The position numbers were made by a program, and so were the translations under genes. A DNA stretch of 63,766 bases, counting the filler, from Octopus bimaculoides (lineage: Eukaryota): the NCBI RefSeq assembly GCF_001194135.2. It is 7 parts of 6 records of this genome, joined end to end, with 100 filler letters (N's around TTAATTAATTAA, not from the genome) between each part and the next. Parts side by side here need not be neighbours in the genome. Positions count along the whole stretch, not along the records: positions 13,839 to 29,817 come from NC_068983.1; positions 29,918 to 46,946 come from NC_069001.1; 5 more parts are not named here. One strand, given 5' to 3'. The notes beneath the pieces were generated by a model, which was not told the origin of the DNA, ran no database searches, and was given only the letters and a program-made list of their open reading frames with translations. Below, in pieces: positions 24,851 to 39,124 of the stretch (position 1 is the stretch's first letter; the number at the start of each line of letters is the position of its first letter).

Positions 24851-25116
24851 GATACTTGTACTCGGCTGATACTATTTTACAGGTGAATCGACTAAAACAA
24901 CATGAAATGAAGCCCCTTGGCCAGAGACAACACGCCGTCCGGTCCAGGACACAGGCCCAAAGCATCATGATCGTAAGCTCAACAATTTAACTTAAGAAAT
25001 ATATATTTCATTAAACTGGAGCAATATTCCAGAGGACCATAGTGACACAAGTGGAATTCCGAACGAAATGGTTTGAACCGGAATCGAAACTAGTTTTTAT
25101 TTATCTCTGGTTCTAT

Positions 25117-25204
25117 GATGTCCAGTTCTTATTCTTATCAATTTTATTCTAGTAGACAACGATGTCCAGTTCTTATTCTTATCAATTTTATTCTAGTAGA
25201 CAAC
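25117..25204. repeat. Perfect 44-bp tandem duplication
   Basis: GATGTCCAGTTCTTATTCTTATCAATTTTATTCTAGTAGACAAC occurs twice. Confidence 0.95.
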
Positions 25205-25227
25205 AGGTTTCAAACTATGATCTAATT

Positions 25228-26200
25228 CAGGGGTCACCAAACTTTTTTTTACTGCGGGCCAGATAACATAGAATGATGATCGCGAAACAGGACTTTACCG
25301 CAGTTCAGCCACTTCCCTGATGTGTGATAAGGCAAGTCACAGAATTCAGAATCAATTTCTTCAAGAAAAGTCTGTAACTGGCGGTGATTAAGTGTAAGAT
25401 TCCCAATGAAGTTCACCGCAGAAACGACAGGTTTCAGTACGCAACAAATATCTACGTCTTTCCCACAGAGTGCTTGCTGACATATAATGTAATGTATAAA
25501 CAGAGAGCCCGGGAGTTGAAGATTTTCCAACTTAGTCCTGATCTGCCACACCAGACTCTTCCTCACTCCAGCCATGTTTTTTCCTCCATCAACTGTAACA
25601 CATTGAAGCTGATTCCACTGAAGCTTACAACCTTGCAAAGTTTGCTGCACTCCCGTGAAAATGTCTTCTCCAGTTTTTGTTCCATGCATGCTGCAAGCGG
25701 ATGCCAACTCTACTGTGATCTGAAAGTCCAAATTAACACACGAGAAGTTGCGACGTATTCGAGACTTCAGTAGACTCATGCAGCGCAAAAAAATACCACA
25801 AGAAGTTCCTAGCTTTCTCGCGTATCTTTAGCACTATGTTCTCTCCAAGTTTTTCTGTTTTCCGCACAACTGGACTTGCTGAAACGCTGAGACATCCAAA
25901 TAAATCAGCTTTCTCAGGACACAAGTCATTTGCTGCTTCCGTCATACACTCTTTGATGAAGTTGCCATCAGTAAATGGTTTTCTTCACTCTGCCATCTTA
26001 TGCACTATTTTGTAACTTGTACGAGTGACAGATTCATTTTCAGCAAACATTCTCATGAAGAGAATGTTTAAACACGGCAGTGCAAATTAAAACATGATCA
26101 CTACAGGTATGAACTCTTAATGCAGGTACTTACATAAAAGGTACAGTGCGGCAACGGGCTAGTTGAACTGACCTCGTGAGCTGTAGTTTGGTGACCTTTG
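25228..26200 (-). mobile_element. hAT (SPIN/Buster/Charlie, GTF2IRD2-like) transposon, internally deleted
   Basis: TIRs CAGGGGTCACCAAACT and AGTTTGGTGACCTTTG; perfect 8-bp TSD ATCTAATT at 25220-25227 and 26201-26208. Motifs KPFTDGNFIKECM, LHESTEV (DESTD), VDGGKNM, HYIICQQALC, HTSGKWLNCGKVLFR. Confidence 0.93.
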
Positions 26201-28819
26201 ATCTAATTCGGTTGCACGAGACTGGTAGGGTTAAATGAATAAAACATTTTAACATACTCCATAGATTTTGTATTCGACGTTCATGGAAACTTGCATGTTC
26301 TCGGAATCTAAATGCATACCTTGAACACTGTCACGTTTACGCGTGCATTCAATTTTCACATACACACACATGCGCGCGCGCACACACGCCCACTGCTACG
26401 CACACACATACGCACATACACACAGACACAAACGCACACGCACATATATGAAATCTATTATCTATCTATATTCTACCGTACTTCGCTTTTCGATTATCGA
26501 ATCTTGGAATTAGTTTTCCCTGTGTGAGAGGATCTTGTAGCCTATCTATTCCATTGTGTACTTGAAATTGTTTTATTGACCGGAGACGACGACTAAATAA
26601 GTTTTGTTGTCGAATCCATTGCCATTCGAAAGGGAAATGCAAAAGCGAGACATGTCATATAAATTGTCGCAGTAGCATGAAGTATTATAAGAATATATTC
26701 TGAGGAATCCATTAAGTATTTTGATACATCTATTCACTCACGAAATCTTACCAGATATTAATATAAATATATCTCAACATAGATGATAATTTACATAAAC
26801 GACATATTGAACATCATAGCATAAAACGATAAAAATTCGGTAAACTGAGTTTGTGATTCAGATTTACTTTGCTGTTGTAAAGCTGGTTACTTTGGTTAGA
26901 TAACCTAATGCCCTTGGACGACACAAATAGCAACCAAATCTCCTCCAAATCACGCTACCGCATTGATTCCTAGTCGCTGTGCTACAGATGAAGTTTGTAC
27001 AACGATTAGGAATGTTTAATGCATCGCAAAAAATACTGAAATTATATTTTAAAAATGTGAAAAATACAAAATAAAATTCCGAATATGAAGTTTCATTTGT
27101 TGAATAAAAAAATAGCATTTAATAATTTTCTTTTGACTAAAATATTTAAAAAGATATTTATATTTACTCTAAACTACATCATAAGCTGAAAACGTTTGTG
27201 AAAAGTTTGTACTATAGTTTAAAAAAGAAGAGGAAGAGGCATATATAGGGAGGATAATGCAGTCTTTGATACACTCCATTTAAAACAAAGACAGGCTCAC
27301 AACATGAACACCATTGACCATGAATTTGCTTGATCAAGGTAGATCGGAGACTAAACGATATCATCATCTTGGTATTAAAGCTTGTTTTCATTTCACTAGA
27401 GGATGTAAAATGAATGTAATTTTTCAGAATTAAACAACAGTTGATTCAGTTAATTTTGTTGCATATTATTAAAGTTGTTGCTGTTTAACCCCAGGACACC
27501 TCTAAGCAAACAGATCCATGATCAAAGTGTTCAAAACATGTATCCAACAAAATATTATCCAATGTATTCCAACTTTTATGTCGGATTGTAAGGCATGATT
27601 TGCAAGAAATTTACCTGCTATTTTTTGTAGTTGAGTAACCCCAGAGCAATTTCTTCGTTGTGCATGAATTTATCATTTTTGTATAAAGTCCAAGTAGGAA
27701 TGTCGTAATGAAACAAGCTAATATCCGTACACTCAGCATCCTCACCTTAGTTGCAATTCTTAGTTACAGACATTTCACTTGTGACTTTACAGACAAGGCA
27801 CGAAGGCCGCACCGTTTCCAGTTTAGAGAGAGAGAGAGAGAGAGAAATTTGTAGGTATCCGAGTTGGCAGAGAAGCAAACTATCAGCTGAAGATTTTGTG
27901 TGTCGTGTTATCGGTGCTGTATTTTGTCCACATCTCTAACAAGCTCAGCCATCAACAGCTGCCCAGTGTACGTAGCTGTACAGAGATATCAGTGTGACTG
28001 TACAACTTGCAACTATTATTAACATTAGTACTATATAATGGTAAGAACAAAATAGCCAAGTGGAAATGATATTGATCTACTCACTCATACTTCGATAAAT
28101 TATTTCAACCGGCTTCAGGTCACCGTGATTCGAACAGAGCACTTTATTCTGCATGCATTAGTTAAACACGTGGAAAATGTGTTGGGGTGCTACCATGTCA
28201 CGCTCTGCAATCTGAAATCGTTTCTGCGAGTCAAGAAGGTATTACATGTAACGGATGTCAACAGTCTCATATAACCAAATAGATGGATTTAGATATCGTT
28301 TGATGTCAAACTGAAGTATAAGGGCAGAAAAAATGGTAATTGTGTTGTTAATAGATTTCTCACAAATATCAGTGGTGCAAGCAAGGTAAATTGGACACAG
28401 AATTATGTCACGGTTTACTACTTCGGTAAGTATGTGAGATGAAAAAATAAAATTAATTGTTATTTATTCTCCAGAGATATTTATTAATAGAAGAGAGTTC
28501 CACTGATATTTTTCTAAAATATTTTGAATACTTAATTTAGCTGCCACAAGGTACAGAAACAGTCGAGTAAAAGTATAACGAAGCGTCCACTGCAGGGTCG
28601 AACTCAAGGTCAAATGGTAAACATGTTTTAAACAACAAACTATACTTAATGTGCTTAAGAAAACCTCAGCGCTGCAGTATTCGTCTTGAGAAAGCATCTC
28701 CTATAGACTTATAGAGTTAAAAGGCACAGAAGTGGATCAGTAGGAGGAAAACCTGTCAACATGAAAGCATTATTTTGGCTTTGGCATAGAGCGACGGATA
28801 CCATCAAAACCTGTCGATT

Positions 28820-29010
28820 GCAACTCTACCTTTCCTCTTCCTGGATCAATAAAATAAGTGCCAGTGAAGTACTGGTGTCGATATAATCGATTGTTCCCCA
28901 CCTGAAAATGTCTGTTACTTTGGTTTTGGCAAAAGGCGAGGGTTTCAAATCAGGCCATATTATTTTGCTTTTCATTCTTCCAAGGTTGATGAAATAAGCA
29001 CTAGTCAAGT
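28820..29010 (+). mobile_element. Two degraded SINE family B core fragments
   Basis: AATAAAATAAGTGCCAGT.AAGTACTGGTGTCGATATAATCGA and GTTGATGAAATAAGCACTAGTCAAGTA. Confidence 0.6.
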
Positions 29011-29917
29011 ATTATTGGTAATTTATGCCCTACTGCAAAATGTGTGATTTTTGTACCAAAGCTAGAAACCAATACGACGAGTGATGCAAGGACGAACAAT
29101 TTTGAGCGAGAAGTTTTATACGAATTCATTTTAGTTTACTTCCTTTGTATTGGCTTAAACGTCAAATGTCAGAAGCAAGTATAACCAGCAGCGTTGACTC
29201 CGGCGAACTTACAATAATCTTATTAACAAAAAGTAAAAGTCGAGAAAAGACTGGGAGAATGAAACTAAATATTTGTAAGATAAGCACAAGGGATACACCA
29301 ATAGATTATATCGTTCCCCAGAACTGAACGGTAAAGAATATAAGAATACACACACACACACATTGTTATATTTCGAGATGGTCACATGAGGTAGGTGATA
29401 CACGGGTAAAACATAGGTACAAGCAGTATAGTTAGCAAACCCATATACACAAAACACACATACTAATATAGAATCGCACACATACACGCACGCACACATG
29501 CGCACACACACACGCGCACACGCACATGCACACACGCGCACACGCGCACACGCACACATACACAGACGCAAATGCATAGCGCTGATAAGGATACACACCA
29601 CAGGTAGACAGAATGGACTAAATAGGACAGGTGGAGACACGTGGAATGGAAGTTGGTGAGGAGGTCACAGGATGTGTGACGAAAGATTTCCCGACAATGG
29701 ACACTAAAATAAGAATAATAATAAAGCTAAAGTGAAGAACGAATATATTGTGCGTGTGGTTATTTGGCAAAAAAAGAAAAATACATATATCTGATGTCTG
29801 ATTTTTGGATATAGTTANNNNNNNNNNNNNNNNNNNNNNNNNNNNNNNNNNNNNNNNNNNNTTAATTAATTAANNNNNNNNNNNNNNNNNNNNNNNNNNN
29901 NNNNNNNNNNNNNNNNN

Positions 29918-29955
<38 letters not shown>

Positions 29956-29978
29956 TATATATTTATATATATATATAT

Positions 29979-30009
<31 letters not shown>

Positions 30010-32199
30010 AAGAGAGAGATGGATAGATAGATATGTTCGCGTGTATGTGTGTGCATATATGTATACATTTGTGAACGTGTATTTGTGTGTGTGTATTTGA
30101 GTGTATGTAACTATGTATGTGTATACTCGCATACATAGACGTTTCAAGTAATTTGGTCGTTATTCCTAGGAAGTGAAGTGTTCAGGCACACGCTAGGTCA
30201 TACTGAAATGATAATAGTGATTCAAAGTGTTTCACAAATATACGTACAGTCCAATGAATCGCTATGCATACACCATTTATGAAAACGATGTTAACTGGTC
30301 TTGCACACAGTCCAATGATTATGCATAGAGCTCTGTTGGCCAAATACCTGACAAGGATCTTCTTAGAGGTTGATAGTAACTCCTTATTACATTCATGTAT
30401 TTGCGCTTGTTTTCAGCCTCTCTAACGCACAGACTCCCTAAATGTATATATATAATGGAATGCATAGTTACCGATGTCTAAATGCATTACATAATACCAA
30501 AGTTCACATCGAATTAATTTAACAATTTACTACTGTGCTCCACTTTTGTTCTACAATTATATTTGAGACAAGGTCTGCAGCATATATAGCGTAAGCAGGG
30601 AAAGAAAGAGGTCGCCATATCCGATTGAATTTGATTATCAAGAAGCTTAAAATACTAAATATCATAAATGAGAGGAAAGTAAGAGGATACGATCTCGAAG
30701 ATTAGCAGTTCGAGAAGAGAGACTATCGGAATAAAATATAAAATCACGACCAAGGTGTTCACAGTGAAACAATAGACAAGATCGAAAGGTGGGTAGTACA
30801 TTCAAGTGTCTCGGCAAAGAGTTCTATACGAGAGGGTTTATCTGAGCAATGATACCGGACATTTTTTATAGAAAGTCACATAGGCGATGAGCGAAACACT
30901 ACAAGCTAGTGCAAAAACGAGGATTGCCGAAGGTGCTAAATCAATTCATTTTAAATTCAATTTGAGTGTTCGTTTTATTCTCTAGCATATTCGTTAAAAC
31001 GTGAAATGGCTGCTAGGAAAATAATTCATAACGTCGTTTGAGATTTTTGACAATATACTGTACATAGTTTTGCTAAATTTGGATTCTACATTATCAAGCC
31101 GTTCTATGATATAAATCTATGAAAGATTAATAACATAAATGACAGTATCTGATATAATATATGTTCATTGTCGACAATAGGATGGACACAATTCAAGTGA
31201 TATTGCTTGTGTTTGTCAAATAAATACAACCAACCAAGTACGCTTGCGATGTCGTGTGTCTCCTTTTGCATATTCATTGGAGTTTGCAATGCAATAAACA
31301 TACATACTCAGATACGTGCATACGTATATACATCCATACGTAGGTGCACCCACACACACAGAGACGCATACACACACACACACACATACATATATATTCG
31401 TGTATCTAAGTATGTATGCGTGAATGTATGTAACGATATGTATGCTCTTATACATATGCGCAACTATTTACATATATATCTGTACCTATATATATATATA
31501 TATATATNNNNNNNNNNNNNNNNNNNNNNNNNNNNNNNNNNNNNNNNNNNNNNNNNNNNNNNNNNNNNNNNNNNNNNNNNNNNNNNNNNNNNNNNNNNNN
31601 NNNNNNNNNNNNNNNNNNNNNNNNNNNNNNNNNNNNNNNNNNNNNNNNNNNNNNNNNNNNNNNNNNNNNNNNNNNNNNNNNNNNNNNNNNNNNNNNNNNN
31701 NNNNNNNNNNNNNNNNNNNNNNNNNNNNNNNNNNNNNNNNNNNNNNNNNNNNNNNNNNNNNNNNNNNNNNNNNNNNNNNNNNNNNNNNNNNNNNNNNNNN
31801 NNNNNNNNNNNNNNNNNNNNNNNNNNNNNNNNNNNNNNNNNNNNNNNNNNNNNNNNNNNNNNNNNNNNNNNNNNNNNNNNNNNNNNNNNNNNNNNNNNNN
31901 NNNNNNNNNNNNNNNNNNNNNNNNNNNNNNNNNNNNNNNNNNNNNNNNNNNNNNNNNNNNNNNNNNNNNNNNNNNNNNNNNNNNNNNNNNNNNNNNNNNN
32001 NNNNNNNNNNNNNNNNNNNNNNNNNNNNNNNNNNNNNNNNNNNNNNNNNNNNNNNNNNNNNNNNNNNNNNNNNNNNNNNNNNNNNNNNNNNNNNNNNNNN
32101 NNNNNNNNNNNNNNNNNNNNNNNNNNNNNNNNNNNNNNNNNNNNNNNNNNNNNNNNNNNNNNNNNNNNNNNNNNNNNNNNNNNNNNNNNNNNNNNNNNC

Positions 32200-32231
<32 letters not shown>

Positions 32232-32244
32232 TGTACGTATATAC

Positions 32245-32305
<61 letters not shown>

Positions 32306-32819
32306 GTGTTACGCTCAACTTGATTCATTGGGCAAAGAGTTCGTTCAGAAAATGGGTCTTGTGTATTGTCAGAATATATCATCATTTGTAATACATCAAT
32401 TCTTAATATGGATCTTTATTATAGGTATATTTCTCATACTGATTCTTAGGGGACCGTCTGCGGTTGTGGAGGAGGGAATATATATTGATCAAATTCTCTA
32501 AAATTCTAGACAATCAGACGCTGCCATTTGTTTGAAATGGGACAAAATATGTCCGATTCTCACATCAATATAATATAGAATATAGCGGCGACACGATTTT
32601 GGGAATTTTAATTGAAAAGCTTGTCAAATGATGAAATCTCAGTGGATTCTAAGAATATATTATAGGTACCCACACACAGGGAGAAGCACAAGCACACGCA
32701 CAGACACACAGATATGCATAAACACATAATCATATACACATATTTACAAAAAGAGGTCTGTGGAAGATATATATTATTTCAAACTTAAGTGTGGATATAC
32801 AAACATAGACAACGATGCA

Positions 32820-32880
<61 letters not shown>

Positions 32881-34120
32881 NNNNNNNNNNNNNNNNNNNN
32901 NNNNNNNNNNNNNNNNNNNNNNNNNNNNNNNNNNNNNNNNNNNNNNNNNNNNNNNNNNNNNNNNNNNNNNNNNNNNNNNNNNNNNNNNNNNNNNNNNNNN
33001 NNNNNNNNNNNNNNNNNNNNNNNNNNNNNNNNNNNNNNNNNNNNNNNNNNNNNNNNNNNNNNNNNNNNNNNNNNNNNNNNNNNNNNNNNNNNNNNNNNNN
33101 NNNNNNNNNNNNNNNNNNNNNNNNNNNNNNNNNNNNNNNNNNNNNNNNNNNNNNNNNNNNNNNNNNNNNNNNNNNNNNNNNNNNNNNNNNNNNNNNNNNN
33201 NNNNNNNNNNNNNNNNNNNNNNNNNNNNNNNNNNNNNNNNNNNNNNNNNNNNNNNNNNNNNNNNNNNNNNNNNNNNNNNNNNNNNNNNNNNNNNNNNNNN
33301 NNNNNNNNNNNNNNNNNNNNNNNNNNNNNNNNNNNNNNNNNNNNNNNNNNNNNNNNNNNNNNNNNNNNNNNNNNNNNNNNNNNNNNNNNNNNNNNNNNNN
33401 NNNNNNNNNNNNNNNNNNNNNNNNNNNNNNNNNNNNNNNNNNNNNNNNNNNNNNNNNNNNNNNNNNNNNNNNNNNNNNNNNNNNNNNNNNNNNNNNNNNN
33501 NNNNNNNNNNNNNNNNNNNNNNNNNNNNNNNNNNNNNNNNNNNNNNNNNNNNNNNNNNNNNNNNNNNNNNNNNNNNNNNNNNNNNNNNNNNNNNNNNNNN
33601 NNNNNNNNNNNTTTAACGGTTTAGCATTTATCAAAGGTGCAGTAAGCGACAGTTTTGCATGTATATATCTGACTAAAAATATCTTACATAAATGGAGTTA
33701 GAATTTTATGCATTATTGTTAAGCTGGAACTTTTGCTTGTGTGAAAAGAACTGGAATAGTGAGATTAATTTTTCGTTTTCTGAAAAAGCAAATTTTGGAC
33801 TTACCACGCTTTTGCATAATAGCATAGCATTTTTGTTTATCTTAATAACTGACGAGATGCCGGAGCAGATTTCCGTAAACGACACATATTACATTACTGA
33901 TAAATTCCTCTATTTACATAATATACTGTTACTATTAATATGTATATGTGTGCGTGTGTCTATTTTTCATTCATGTTCTTACAATGTTAGTCTGTTAAGC
34001 TATGTATTTATGTATGTATCTATCTATCTATCTATCTGTCTATCTGTCGGTTTGTCTGTCTGCGTCTCTGTTTGTCAGTTTGCATATTTGTCTATCTATT
34101 CAAAGTGCCTATTAATCAAT

Positions 34121-34252
<132 letters not shown>

Positions 34253-37101
34253 GCCCATTCGCTGATAATACTAATTTTATCGTTTATCATTTTTCGTGTA
34301 TGTAATCTATTCCAGACATTAATTACATTTATATAGCAATATTGATAACTTTTCAATCATCGGGTGCAAAATGGAGTAAATTATCAAATTTGGAAAATAT
34401 TATCTTACAGAAGAAATACAAGGAAATACTAATTCGTAATGTAGACACAGGAAATGCATTTTTGAGATGAATCATGTAATAAGAACGCCGACTGCGCTTG
34501 AGAGTGTTTCATTTCTTCATCTTTTTATTACGTTTTGATCCTGAAACGATGAAACGGGCATTTCAGCTCGGTAAGAATACAATTCACAACGTATGGAGCA
34601 GATGTAAACCACGGCCGTCAGTACGTGTTAATTCTGTATTACTTCATTTATATATTAGCATTTATTCCTGAAACATTGAAAGGGAAATTTTAATTCGGTG
34701 AGATATGGAGTCGGTAGGTAGGTAGTTATGTAGTTAGGTAGGGAGGGAGGAAAGGAGGTATGTAGGTAGGTATGTATGTAGGTAGGTAGGCAGGCAGGCA
34801 GGCAAATGGATCGATAGATAGATATTTAGATGAATGTATTATGTATGAACATATCTATGAATGCATATATGTATGTTTGAATATGCGCATTGTGTATAAT
34901 ATCTTTAATGCTTATGTTTATCTATGTATGGCGCGGATATGACATAAATAGTGTTTATTATTAATGAAAATTAAACAATGCAAATCTCGAATCCGATCGG
35001 TGCAGCACAAGTAGGATCCACATTTTCGAAATGATGACATATTAAATGTCAGTCGTTTCATTGTTCCTCCGAAACAAATCAATATCAACGAACTATATGT
35101 AGCCGAAGGCATGACCGGGAGACATACTAAATGTTTCGGTAAAGATATATTTTCCGAATAATAGAATATTTCTAAGAGGCATTTCAGTTCTGTTAATGAT
35201 CGTCTTCTACGACATACTGGCTTTGTTTACAATATTAATACCGTCACTTCTGTCGTAGTTATGCATTTATTGTCGGTGGTGGTGCTGGCCCTGGAGGGTG
35301 TTGCATTTGCAAGAAATGTGGTTGGTTTTGGTTAGTGTTTATCATATTGAAGATGGTGGATACATAAGAAATGCTTTCTTATTTTCTAATGACGATAAAT
35401 GCTTCTTCGTAAGGATGTCAACATTCTTTTCTTTCTTTTTTTAGATTGTGTAGTTTGCATCTATCTGCGTTGTTTTGACTGATATTCACACATATGTCGG
35501 TAAAGTCTGTCTATTTCTACATATATTGATCATACCTTCTTCTTACCAACAACATTTAATATGCTTTATCACCGAGGTCTCCTGAGGTCGAACATTATCA
35601 TATACTTTCCCCAAATCACTTTGACATTAAGGTTCACGCCTATCTACATTATCCTTTTCCTAAAAATAAATCGATTTTCTTATTTTATTTATCTCCTAGT
35701 TTAGTTGATTTTATTTTACGTTTTAGATTTTTAAACACCGCATTTTTTTTTACCATTTATTAAATTTCTATTCATGCTACTAAAGGTTTCGTCTTTGTAA
35801 AAGTTGTTTCAGTTTCATTTCAATGGAGTCTAGTAATTCGTTCTTCTCTGCTTTCTTTAGACTTTTTGTCCCATCTAGCAAGTTTAAAATCTCGGGCAGA
35901 AATATATCATAGTGCTACGGAGTGCAGAAAAATTTATTTTATTTGATTGAACTTCTAAAAATAATCTAATCTCAGTCTTACAGTAGATGCATCCTACTCG
36001 TTAGCGCCCTTGGCTCTTACTTTCACAAACACAGCGTATTCGAAGAAATCCATTTCATCCGTCCATTTCAAGAGGATGATATGTAGTGCGAGAATATTCG
36101 GTTATTTCTAAGCTAGTCAAGACATTTTGCAGAGCTCCTTTGTTGCATCATTGAGTTTCGTTGACGTGCAAGTGGCTGTTTGTCTTTTATTTACGACTCA
36201 TATCATGCTTGCTGCTGATAGTATCTCTGTCATTGTAAAACCGAGAGCCAACCTGCATACCCAGACAAATCTTCAAAAGTGGTCCATCAACGAAAACCGT
36301 CTTCTTGAGTTATTTTGAGCTAAATCATCGAATATGTTTTTCTCATGAGAATACGATAATGTATTGTTTAGATTAGATTTAGTTGCTACTTTTTATAGGT
36401 AGACGCACGAGATACATATTCCGTCGTTGGCGAGCGTATTCAATATGGGAATTTCAGTTTATACGTGAAATAATTTGAAAGCCCAAGCTATTAAAATGAA
36501 GCGATAAAAAGAAAACGTCTATAAAATTGCCGCTAAACTCCATAACAGTAAATTGTATCAACAAAGAGCCATAATGTCTGTATCTCTATTAATTTTACGT
36601 TTATTTTGTGGCTTAAATCATAAAATATCGGTCCACTACCATAACAACTCGTTTCCATAGCGGTTTAATAGGTATTTCATTTGACTTACATTAGCTGCTG
36701 ACCTGCAGTATGGCAATGGAATTCATGCAATAACTTACATCTAGCCTTTTCATTTACTATGTCAGCATAAACGTCTAAAGTAACTATGATTTGCATATGA
36801 TTCCTTACATAGATTCTCCATCTGAAGATGGTTAAAACGGACATTGACACTACACCTACAGAACACTTTAATTCTGATTTTAATCTAATTTTCAATGGCT
36901 CAGAGTTGATGAAATTGTGTCTAATAAATGTATGAGTTTAACAATATTTATAACACGCTCTTCAACAATAATTTCTTCATAAACTAGAGCGGTGTGAGAA
37001 ACTTTACTCTCTCTCGGTGAGCTCAAAATAGCAGCCACGTTACACACACACACACATAAATGCACGTACACACACATACACTCGCACATGGAGACACATG
37101 C

Positions 37102-37143
<42 letters not shown>

Positions 37144-37153
37144 NNNNNNNNNN

Positions 37154-37191
<38 letters not shown>

Positions 37192-37229
37192 TACACATAC
37201 ATATATATACACACGCATTTATATAATAT

Positions 37230-38370
37230 TAATAAACAAATAAATAAATAGAGTTAAACGCAAGGTGTGATTCAAATTCTTTTACTTCTGACATAGGCTT
37301 CGAAGACAATATTGGTATTATTCCAGAAAGAAAAAAATGGTCTAAAACGATGCAATCTTCTCATCAGGGAAAGAAAGAAACCAAACACATCAATAAGACA
37401 TTTTAACATAATGCGATGACAGTGTATAATGGGGTGTGGAACACAATTAAGATTAAAAAAAAAAAACTTTGTAGATATAACGATAAAGGTAGCGTACAGA
37501 ACGAGAAGGAAAGAAATTAACAAAAAAACTAATAGTGGAGAAATATAGAGCGATGAGTGAATTAAAATAAAGCTTAAAAGCGAGGAATTAGATATATTTA
37601 GTGGAAGTGAAATGTAAGAAGACAATCAAAGTTCAAATTATATAGAATAGTAAAAATCACTTATAGGAACAAAAGGTATGTTTCTTCCAATGTTTAGAAC
37701 AATTAACGTGTTCTATAAACATGTTTACAAGAATAGAATATAAAACAGAATATAAAAGAACTCGCTATTACAAAGCGAGCAGAAATGCTTACCTTTGTTG
37801 TACAGTAAAGAAACACAGACACGTCCTTTAAAAAAATTTTTTTTTTTTACGTAGGTTGTTCTTATCAGTTGTCCAAAAGAATATCTAATCATTACTGTCC
37901 ATTTAGGCATATCAATAAACGTAACAATACAGACTTAGTAAATTAATCTGTTATCTAAAAAATCATAATAAACAATTTAATTCGGAATGGAATATTCTCT
38001 CTATTTCTTTTAAGACTTATTTTAATTCACTCATCGCTCTATATTTCTCCTCAATTAGTTTTGTACTAATTTCTTTCCTTCTCCTCCTTCTCTTTCTGTA
38101 TGCTACCTTTAACGTTATATCTACCAAAGGTTTTTTAAAAAAAAACAACTTAATGGTGTTACGTTCATCATTATACATAGTCATCACATTATGTTAAAAT
38201 GTCTAATTGATATGATTGGTTTCTTTCTTTCCCTAATGAGAAGATTGCAGTGTATGAGACCATTTTATTCCTTCTCAAATAATACCAAAGCTGTCTTCGA
38301 AGAATATGTCGGAAGTAAAACAATTTGTATAACACCTGCGTTTAACTCCATTTATTTATTTATCTGTATT
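37230..38370. mobile_element. Diverged inverted duplication, arms about 370 bp; probable divergent pair of PLE pLTRs
   Basis: 37230-37600 aligns with the reverse complement of 38000-38370, also visible as near-identical opposite-strand ORF translations (MLKCLID..FFLSLMRRL). Each arm carries a hammerhead-like motif pointing outward. Confidence 0.7.
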
Positions 38371-38554
38371 ATACTAAACATTTCACCTTAACCCGGAGTT
38401 TCTACCTACATAAATAGGTTGTTACATCCTTGTTACTTCTGCAATTTTTTGCTACCCTGGTAACTGCTTATTTAATTTTTCGGTGTTATTTGTAAACACG
38501 GGAAACACACACACACACACACACACACACAAGGTTGTTATAAAAATAATAACA

Positions 38555-38770
38555 ATGTTTTCAATTTGTGGCGCAAGGCAGGCAATTTCATGGAGGTAGT
38601 TAAAGTCAATTACAAAGACACCACTTCTAAGGTGGTTCTCGTTTTAGACACCGAAAGGAGCAAAGGGAAAGTCGACCTCGACAAAGTTTGAACTCGAAAC
38701 GTGAAGGTGGGCGACATGCCAGTAAACATTTTGCCCGCTACGCAAACAGTTCTGCCAGCTCCTCGCTTTA
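38555..38770 (-). mobile_element. SINE family B, degraded
   Basis: AAAGTCGACCTCG..TTTGAACTCG.AACGT..TTCTGCCAGCTC..GCTTT is the reverse complement of the family B head and core. Confidence 0.75.
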
Positions 38771-39034
38771 ATGATAATAATAATATGAGAAAAATGAACC
38801 ATTTCTGCATATAATTTCTACTGATTGCCAGTATGTTGGTTTTAAAAATGGTTTTAAAAATGATCAAGATGGTTATGAACATGAGGATAAAGCCAACATA
38901 TTAATAGGTGCGCACGAAAATACATACAGGCATACACATATACATATGTACAGATACATACATATATATGGACTTATTTATGTATCTACACATACACAAA
39001 CACACACATATGTGTTAGATATGGATGCACATAT

Positions 39035-39124
<90 letters not shown>

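Noticed and set aside
27943-28039. AG/GT-bounded segment with a strong GTAAGA donor
   Set aside because: Stops in all three frames; no support as a coding exon.
28234-28305. GITCNGCQQSHI..GFRYR, ZZ-zinc-finger-like
   Set aside because: It needs a frameshift and the second CxxC is absent.
33848-33885. CTGACGAG followed by a weak stem
   Set aside because: No GAAA at the required position.
35268-35300. IVGGGAGPGG, Rossmann-like
   Set aside because: Short GGT-repeat-derived stretch with no supporting domain or splice sites.
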